Assembly (NCBI GenBank): GCA_964589775.1 | Contig: CAZPUN010000054.1 | Coordinates: 1 to 22,174, forward strand | Length of the DNA: 22,174 nt | Reading direction: 5' to 3' | DNA from: an uncultured archaeon | GTDB lineage: Archaea; Asgardarchaeota; Thorarchaeia; Thorarchaeales; CAZPUN01 | In this document: in pieces, positions 16,596 through 22,174 of the stretch | How positions within the stretch are numbered: the first letter of the stretch is position 1 | How the letters are laid out: the number at the start of each line of letters is the position of its first letter | Made by a program: the position numbers and the translations under genes | The notes under the pieces: model-generated | Told to the model about the DNA's origin: nothing | Databases searched by the model: none | Seen by the model: the letters and a program-made list of their open reading frames with translations, nothing else

Positions 16596-16922
16596 TTCAT
16601 AACAATCTTAATTTAAATAAATTTTAATTATATCCAGACAAATATAGCCACATTTAAACTTTATATAAAAATTCAAATTCTCAAAAACTATTGAAATTAT
16701 CAATATATATTCATTAGGATTAGAATCAATACATGCTTATAATTTCGTGATAATATTCACAGATCATATTCAGTTAAGATAGAAACGGCAAATATTTTGA
16801 ATAACAATCAAAAATTATCAAATGTAAATTTATTCCATATAAAAGTTTTAAATATCACCAAATGATAACATAAATGAAGACCAAAATCTACAAAGGGTAA
16901 ATATAATTTTGAGGGAATTCGA

Positions 16923-18188
16923 TTGAAAACAGAAATTAATACGGAAAACGAATATGCCATTAAAATTACGGGTTCTGCGGAGATTAAAGTCACAAAGGGA
17001 ACGATAAATCTCTTTGGAATCGAACTAAATGAGGGAAGCACCTTAAAAATCGAGAATATGATAAGTGGGCAGATTTCACCAAATTCGATAATTGAAATTG
17101 TCAGTGATGAAACTACGATCATAGAAACAACAAAAACTCCGGTTTGCAAGAACTACCAAAAATTCATGGATTTACTAATTGAGCAAATAAACAAGGATCA
17201 TCTCACAAAATATCTATTTGTGGGTCATGTCGATGCAGGAAAAAGTACAATGCTTCTATCAGCGGCGAATAGATTAATTTCAAAGGGGCATAAAGTTGGA
17301 ATTTTAGACTTGGATGTAGGGCAAAGTATATCAAAAAGACCGGCGGCAATAAACTTATCGATTGTTGATGGGCTTGCGATAGATCAATTAAAATTGAAGC
17401 ATCTATCATCAAGATTTGTTGGGGTTGTTTCGCCATATAATTTTGAGTACCGTATAATAGCAGCTACAAAAATGCTCATGAAACAAGTAGAAGATGTCGA
17501 TGTAATCTTAATAGATACACCGGGCTGGATACAAGATGCTAGAGGCAGAGATTTCATGTATTCAATATATGAAGTAATCGAAGCGGATTTTATATTTTCA
17601 TTTGGAGATGATACGATTTTACGCCCATTTATTAAACTATTGAATGCACGCCAAATTAGTCATTTATACGTGGGAAAATCAATTTTTGCAGAAAGTAGGG
17701 ACTGGCAAATTAGAAAGAACAATAGGGAAAATGCATTTAGAGACTTATTCGAAAATGCCAAGAAATTCAAGATCACATTGTCAAATCTGATAACGGAATT
17801 TTCACAGATTGGCTCCGGTATTCCCACAGACCTAAAAATAGCAGATGAAACAATTCTTTGGGCTGAAGCTATAAATGAATATTTGATAATAATAACAAAA
17901 GGTTTGGAATTCAAAGAGATCGAACAACTAAAATATGAACTATTTGATAATAAAACAAAAGTGATTCAAAGCGAGCAATTAAAAGGGCTTGTTGTTGGAT
18001 TGATGGACAAAAAGGGTTATCTATTAGGGTATGGAAGAATTAACGATTTAGAAAGAAACGGTTCAGAATTGAATCTAATAATCGAATCAAATGTGCCCCC
18101 AGAACAGATTAAGGGAATAGCCTTCAGTATAATCCGCCTTGATGAAAATTATAGAGAGCTGGATAGACTCAAATTCAGAGAACTTTGA
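16923..18188 (+). CDS. clp1: Clp1/Grc3-family polynucleotide 5'-hydroxyl kinase
   Basis: P-loop GHVDAGKST, DLDVGQ, IDTPGW clasp, R...R...RE lid, N-terminal beta-sandwich and C-terminal GL.VGL.D..G..LG.G domain. Confidence 0.88.
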   Translation: MKTEINTENEYAIKITGSAEIKVTKGTINLFGIELNEGSTLKIENMISGQISPNSIIEIVSDETTIIETTKTPVCKNYQKFMDLLIEQINKDHLTKYLFVGHVDAGKSTMLLSAANRLISKGHKVGILDLDVGQSISKRPAAINLSIVDGLAIDQLKLKHLSSRFVGVVSPYNFEYRIIAATKMLMKQVEDVDVILIDTPGWIQDARGRDFMYSIYEVIEADFIFSFGDDTILRPFIKLLNARQISHLYVGKSIFAESRDWQIRKNNRENAFRDLFENAKKFKITLSNLITEFSQIGSGIPTDLKIADETILWAEAINEYLIIITKGLEFKEIEQLKYELFDNKTKVIQSEQLKGLVVGLMDKKGYLLGYGRINDLERNGSELNLIIESNVPPEQIKGIAFSIIRLDENYRELDRLKFREL

Positions 18189-18203
18189 GATACGAAAAGA
18201 ATA

Positions 18204-18395
18204 CTATTCTTTTTTGTCGATATCCTCAAGGATTTCAACAGTTATACGTACTTTTTTACCTACAGATTGTTCCATGAATTTGCCGAACTGATTCTGATAG
18301 TCTTTAAATCCGATATGCTCATATTTTTTACCTTCAATCTCGATGATTTCAGAATATATCTCACCATCAAATGTCATCTTTTCCATTTCGGACAT
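18204..18395 (-). CDS. Small hypothetical protein (63 aa), possibly a swapped-hairpin/AbrB-like fold
   Basis: ATG 18395 with GAGGG SD; ends in VGKKVRITVEIL. The fold call is tentative. Confidence 0.65.
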   Translation of the reverse strand: MSEMEKMTFDGEIYSEIIEIEGKKYEHIGFKDYQNQFGKFMEQSVGKKVRITVEILEDIDKKE

Positions 18396-18484
18396 GATAA
18401 ATTCCCTCAATCATTATGAACCAACATATACATATTAACTCATATATTTTTTCGATAATATATAAAAAATAAGAGAAGAAAAAG

Positions 18485-20134
18485 CTATTGCAGCATCTCT
18501 TTTATTTTATAATCAAAAACTTTTCGTAATAGTTTCATGGGTATTGCGCCACTGTAAATAATGGTATCGTGGAAGAATTTTGGTGTGTATTTATCGCCCA
18601 ATTTCTTCTTAACTTCCTCACGAAGTTCAAGAAACATGTGCTTACCTAATAGATATGATAACTGATAACCCGGTGATGTTGTATAGCGATTCACTTCTGC
18701 GATTGCACTTGGTTTTTGCATTTTTGTTTCCTTAATAAGATATTCAACAGCCTCATCAAAACTCATTTGACCAGTACTAAGTTTTACATCCACAATTACA
18801 CGAACGGCTCTCCAGATCAGGTCCTTAGTTTGAGCAAAACGAGCCTCTGGAGTGTTGTCAAAGCCCATCTCTTTGGTTGCCTGTTCGCAATAGTGTGCCC
18901 AGCCCTCAATATATTCTACAGGATTCCCAAACATTCGAGCAAGCGGGGCAAATGTTGCTGCAAGACCTTGCAGATAATGTCCGGGATATGCTTCATGCAC
19001 TGTCGTATTTGGAATTCCGGCTTTTTCATGTGCTTTTAACAAATCGGGATTTTCCTTCGGCGGAGTTACCAAATATGTTCCAACTTTTTCTTTTTCAAAT
19101 CGTGCGGGTTGAATAGCAGCGGCAAATGGTAAAATGTGAATTAAATAATCGGGTGTTGGAATAACTTCAAATTTGTCGCCTTCGGGAATCGTAGCAAAAT
19201 CTGATTTTATTACCCATTCACGAGCCCGCTTGACTGAATCACGATATAACTGAAGTACTTCATCGAAAGTCTTAGGATGATCTGCAGATAATCGCTCATC
19301 AACCTCCTCCACGGTAGCATTGGGATCTATTTCCTTTGCTATTTCCTCCAATTGAGCCTTAAATTTCTTAAGATAGTCTTCACCGAGCTTCAAGATTTCC
19401 TCAGGAGAATAATCAATTAATCTCAGTTTGAGTAATTTTGCAAATTTTTCAGGACCAATCGCCCAATCATTATTTGCAGTGTTTGCAACTTCCTTAAGCC
19501 ACTTGGCATATTCTTCGATTGCAGACTCTGTAGAACGTATAGCAGCCACTAATTCATCAAATGTTTCTTTAGATACTTTTCCTTTTGCTGCATTAACTAT
19601 TTCATTAAACAACATGGGAATTGCTTCAACAGATTGGAGGCCATTTTCAATCCATAATTTGACAGGATGCTTGATACGCTCTTTGTCTTGTTCGAAAACT
19701 CTAGGAAATTGCTTAATTCTACTAATAATATTTTTAATTCTTTCTTCGAATGGCGCAAAATCTCTAGTGAAAAGAATAAATAATGCATCTCCAGCAATCC
19801 ATGCACCAGTCGGTGATTTTTCCCAGCTTCGTAATTCATCTGTAGTAAATAATTCTAATTCCAGCGAGAATTTTAATGCTTCATAATCGATTTCTTTTTC
19901 ATGATCTAATTTTGATGTGTCGATGTCTTTGATCAGACCCAAAAGTTTCTTTATTACATTTATGCGCTCGATATAAGATTCTGTGCTTTGTTCCGAGACG
20001 CGATGGTCTTCGGTATGAATTCCAAGATACGTAGCTGCCTCAGGTTCCATCCTTACAAGTTCATCAAGAAAGGCTTTAGCTAGCCAATCAACGCGTTCGT
20101 TATCATTAAGTTTGTAAAATTCATCCACATTCAT
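18485..20134 (-). CDS. DUF885 family protein (putative zinc metallopeptidase)
   Basis: PE.AT.LG, HEAYPGHYLQ, EGWAHYCE, WRAVR..VD..L, EV.RY...PGY.LSY..G, FHD.I...GA.P. Confidence 0.92.
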   Translation of the reverse strand: MNVDEFYKLNDNERVDWLAKAFLDELVRMEPEAATYLGIHTEDHRVSEQSTESYIERINVIKKLLGLIKDIDTSKLDHEKEIDYEALKFSLELELFTTDELRSWEKSPTGAWIAGDALFILFTRDFAPFEERIKNIISRIKQFPRVFEQDKERIKHPVKLWIENGLQSVEAIPMLFNEIVNAAKGKVSKETFDELVAAIRSTESAIEEYAKWLKEVANTANNDWAIGPEKFAKLLKLRLIDYSPEEILKLGEDYLKKFKAQLEEIAKEIDPNATVEEVDERLSADHPKTFDEVLQLYRDSVKRAREWVIKSDFATIPEGDKFEVIPTPDYLIHILPFAAAIQPARFEKEKVGTYLVTPPKENPDLLKAHEKAGIPNTTVHEAYPGHYLQGLAATFAPLARMFGNPVEYIEGWAHYCEQATKEMGFDNTPEARFAQTKDLIWRAVRVIVDVKLSTGQMSFDEAVEYLIKETKMQKPSAIAEVNRYTTSPGYQLSYLLGKHMFLELREEVKKKLGDKYTPKFFHDTIIYSGAIPMKLLRKVFDYKIKEMLQ

Positions 20135-20196
20135 ATCAAACCCATCCTTGATAATAGAAAATAAAAACTACTTAAATTGTTTTCCAAATATGTAAT

Positions 20197-21078
20197 TTAT
20201 AAATTCGGCAGTGATATATCAAATTTAATAGACTCGCCAATTCGAAAATCCGTTATATTTTCTGTATTATACGGAACAATCTTAATTGCAGGCTTTGAAA
20301 GATACAGATTTAGTGCAATACCACGAATCGATATTTCATTGGCGGTAATTTTGATTTGCTTGCGAAAATCGATAAAACCGACATTATATGATATTTGTGA
20401 AGACCCAATTTCTTTATCGAATAATTTTAGTTTAGAATCTTGCAAATATTCGGAATAAACTCGCCCATAACCATAATATGGAATTCCACCCTCAAGTAGT
20501 CCATACCCATTCTTTAGCTGTACTTTTAATCCAAAATACGGACCAAACGAAGCAACATACGGCTCAGGAATTGAAACAAGTAAATATTCTGGCCTTTTAG
20601 AAATGATTGAAAATCTCTTGGAAAAGTTGATTTTTGATTTATCGGCATCAAATAAAATATGTAATGGGAGACCCCCTGAGGACCGCAGAATTCCCTTTAG
20701 AGACTTACGATACTCAACATGAATATGTGGATCCGTCCAAAACTCAAAAAATGGACTGCGAATATAATTTCCAATGTAGTCTCCAACGTAGATATAACTT
20801 CCAATATCCACAGCAGGGTCTAAATGCAAAATACGGACAATAAGATTATCCCTGACTTGAATTGCTGAAACACAGTCTTCACCTATCCTTTTTGTGAAGA
20901 CAAATTTTCCATCAACAGGGGAGAACACATCAGCAAAATAAGACCTACTAGCATTATATATATCAAGTCCATATCCCAAACGATGCGCAGGATAAGGACT
21001 ATTTGAGAAAGAAATGAACGAATCCGTTGATGTATATATCTTGGATTGCTCATAATGAGCTACAGGAATATATTTCAT
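20197..21078 (-). CDS. M23/LytM-like metallopeptidase-fold protein, archaeal type, no signal peptide
   Basis: H-x6-D (HRLGYGLD), SPVDG, LHL.P.V.IG..I.VGD.IG, HxH (PHIHVE). Confidence 0.75.
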   Translation of the reverse strand: MKYIPVAHYEQSKIYTSTDSFISFSNSPYPAHRLGYGLDIYNASRSYFADVFSPVDGKFVFTKRIGEDCVSAIQVRDNLIVRILHLDPAVDIGSYIYVGDYIGNYIRSPFFEFWTDPHIHVEYRKSLKGILRSSGGLPLHILFDADKSKINFSKRFSIISKRPEYLLVSIPEPYVASFGPYFGLKVQLKNGYGLLEGGIPYYGYGRVYSEYLQDSKLKLFDKEIGSSQISYNVGFIDFRKQIKITANEISIRGIALNLYLSKPAIKIVPYNTENITDFRIGESIKFDISLPNL

Positions 21079-21154
21079 GATAAGGGCGATATTTCGTTTA
21101 TTTATTACATTTTACGGTAACGGACAGAAATACATTTTTATATACAAAATAAAA

Positions 21155-22042
21155 ATGAGCCAAATACCAATGATGGAGTTGGTCATTATATCACAGAAGA
21201 GAATCACAGATTGGCATGAACTTTTTATCAAGGTTATAAGCGGAAATAGATCATGGGAGGTAATACAAGAATATGAGATCTCATCAACTCGAATCGACGT
21301 CATTATAAAAAAGATAAATGAAGATAGTTCTGTTAATGACCTATTAAATGATTATTTATCGTTAGTTAATATTATAGAATACAAATCATTTTGAGAAACA
21401 CTAACATTACCTGAATTTTTCAAAACCCTTGGAAAATTCTTTCTATACATTTCAAAAATATCTCAAGAAGAAGTAGACAAATCATCAGTTATTTTCATAG
21501 TTACACACATGCCTCAAAAATTGATGAATTCAAAATATTTCAAGATGACAGAAGTTAATACAATTGAAGCGGGCGTTTATGAATTAAAAAATGTAATTAA
21601 TCAATTCAAAATTCATCTAATAGTCATAAACCAATTAAATATAGAGGACCGAACATTTAACTTGCTAAAATTCTCAAGAGGAAAAGCTAAACGAAACTTT
21701 ATTAATTTTCTCGTGAATCATATAAATGAAGAAAAATATGCAAGGGTCTTAACAGAATGCTATATAATAGACCCACAGGAGACTATTGAAATGAGCCATG
21801 GCGAAGTTATGCAACTTGTTTCGGTAAATGATAATATAAGATACGCTATTGAAAAAATTGGGCTCGAAAAAGTTATTAATGCCGTAGGGCTCGAAAAAGT
21901 TATTGAAACAATGGGTATTCAGATCTTCTTTCAAATTCCAAAAGAAAAAATGTTCAAGTTAATCGACGAAGCTGAATCCGAAGGAAAAATAACTAAAGAA
22001 ATAGCAGATAAACTAAGAGAACTTTATAGTTTAATGCCATAA
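21155..22042 (+). pseudogene. PD-(D/E)xK nuclease-like (Rpn/transposase-like) gene interrupted by one in-frame TGA
   Basis: The two track ORFs share one frame: ...DWHELF...RIDVIIKK...NIIEYKSF*(21392-21394)ETLTLPEFFKTLGKFFLY...VIFIVTHMPQKL...EAGVYEL...LIVINQL. The D...ExK motif is intact. Start uncertain (ATG 21155, 21170 or 21173). Confidence 0.82.
21791..22042 (+). CDS. Putative intragenic small protein (83 aa) from an internal start; C-terminal repeat domain of the nuclease
   Basis: AGGAG (21777-21781) lies 9 nt before in-frame ATG 21791. The downstream stand-alone copy starts at exactly the equivalent codon. Confidence 0.5.
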   Translation: MSHGEVMQLVSVNDNIRYAIEKIGLEKVINAVGLEKVIETMGIQIFFQIPKEKMFKLIDEAESEGKITKEIADKLRELYSLMP

Positions 22043-22174
22043 AAAATTAAAAACAATATAACACCTACAAAGGTAATAGTAAAGATGAATAATAAAAGTT
22101 CTCCACAACTTGTTTCGGTAAATGATAATATAAGATACGCTATTGAAAAAATTGGGCTCGAAAAGGTTATTAAT
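21812..22174 (+). repeat. 69-bp direct repeat (21812-21880 and 22106-22174; second copy cut by the window edge) plus an internal 27-bp-period repeat
   Basis: 68/69 identical, with one synonymous A21871/G22165 difference, offset 294. GGGCTCGAAAAAGTTATT occurs at 21860-21877 and 21887-21904. Confidence 0.97.
22085..22174 (+). CDS. Partial ORF: stand-alone copy of the nuclease C-terminal domain
   Basis: MNNKSSPQLVSVNDNIRYAIEKIGLEKVIN... is open to the window edge; AAAGGT SD-like sequence at 22069-22074. Confidence 0.7.
   Translation, partial: MNNKSSPQLVSVNDNIRYAIEKIGLEKVIN

Noticed and set aside
21077-21154. Track start of the 105-aa ORF
   Set aside because: It overlaps the divergent gene's start and crosses a TATA-like TTTATATA near 21137; the nuclease-like sequence starts later.
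21392-21394. Selenocysteine recoding of the TGA
   Set aside because: Not a redox or Cys-type context in a nuclease fold, no SECIS-like hairpin seen after the gene, and TGA serves as a normal stop elsewhere in the window.
733-21934. Many short antisense or overlapping ORFs in the track (e.g. 733-924, 1343-1594, 3155-3583, 8302-8697, 16054-16245, 16808-17149, 19428-19886, 21749-21934)
   Set aside because: They are shadows of well-supported genes on the opposite strand or frame, with no motifs or SD.
21812-22174. Diversity-generating retroelement VR/TR pair
   Set aside because: Only one synonymous mismatch, with the A in the gene copy rather than the downstream copy; no reverse transcriptase or CLec-type target in the window. 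It cannot be fully excluded beyond the edge.
1-22174. tRNA, rRNA, IS elements, integrases, cas genes
   Set aside because: None recognised by eye; tRNAscan-SE, Infernal and ISEScan were not run.

Overview
AT-rich archaeal DNA. The gene content (longin+wHTH protein, Rab-like small GTPase without a prenylation Cys, tandem Lrp/AsnC regulator, Clp1 kinase, archaeal TATA and GGAGG/GGTGA SD signals) points to an Asgard-type archaeon; this is inference. The window opens in the distal end of a CRISPR array (36-bp repeat ending ATTGAAAG; no cas genes in view). Housekeeping and accessory genes follow: purine PRTase, MTAP, tRNA-binding OB protein, MazG-like, TPR, APC permease, GT-C glycosyltransferase, Clp1, DUF885 and M23-like peptidases. 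There is also a complete wHTH-oapA/arvA-oapB-oapC operon followed by a vWA gene. Four things are missed by the ORF track. (1) An ABC-ATPase + TOPRIM defence-type pair on a very AT-rich island, whose TOPRIM gene has lost its ATG and carries a +1 frameshift. (2) A PD-(D/E)xK nuclease-like gene split by one in-frame TGA, with an internal SD+ATG that defines a small C-terminal repeat protein; that segment recurs at 68/69 nt identity as a stand-alone ORF directly downstream, resembling the Rpn toxin/intragenic-antitoxin layout. This is my best candidate for an undescribed system. (3) A gene that appears to start at ACG. (4) Two structured or palindrome-rich intergenic regions. All family assignments come from motif recognition by eye; no searches were run.
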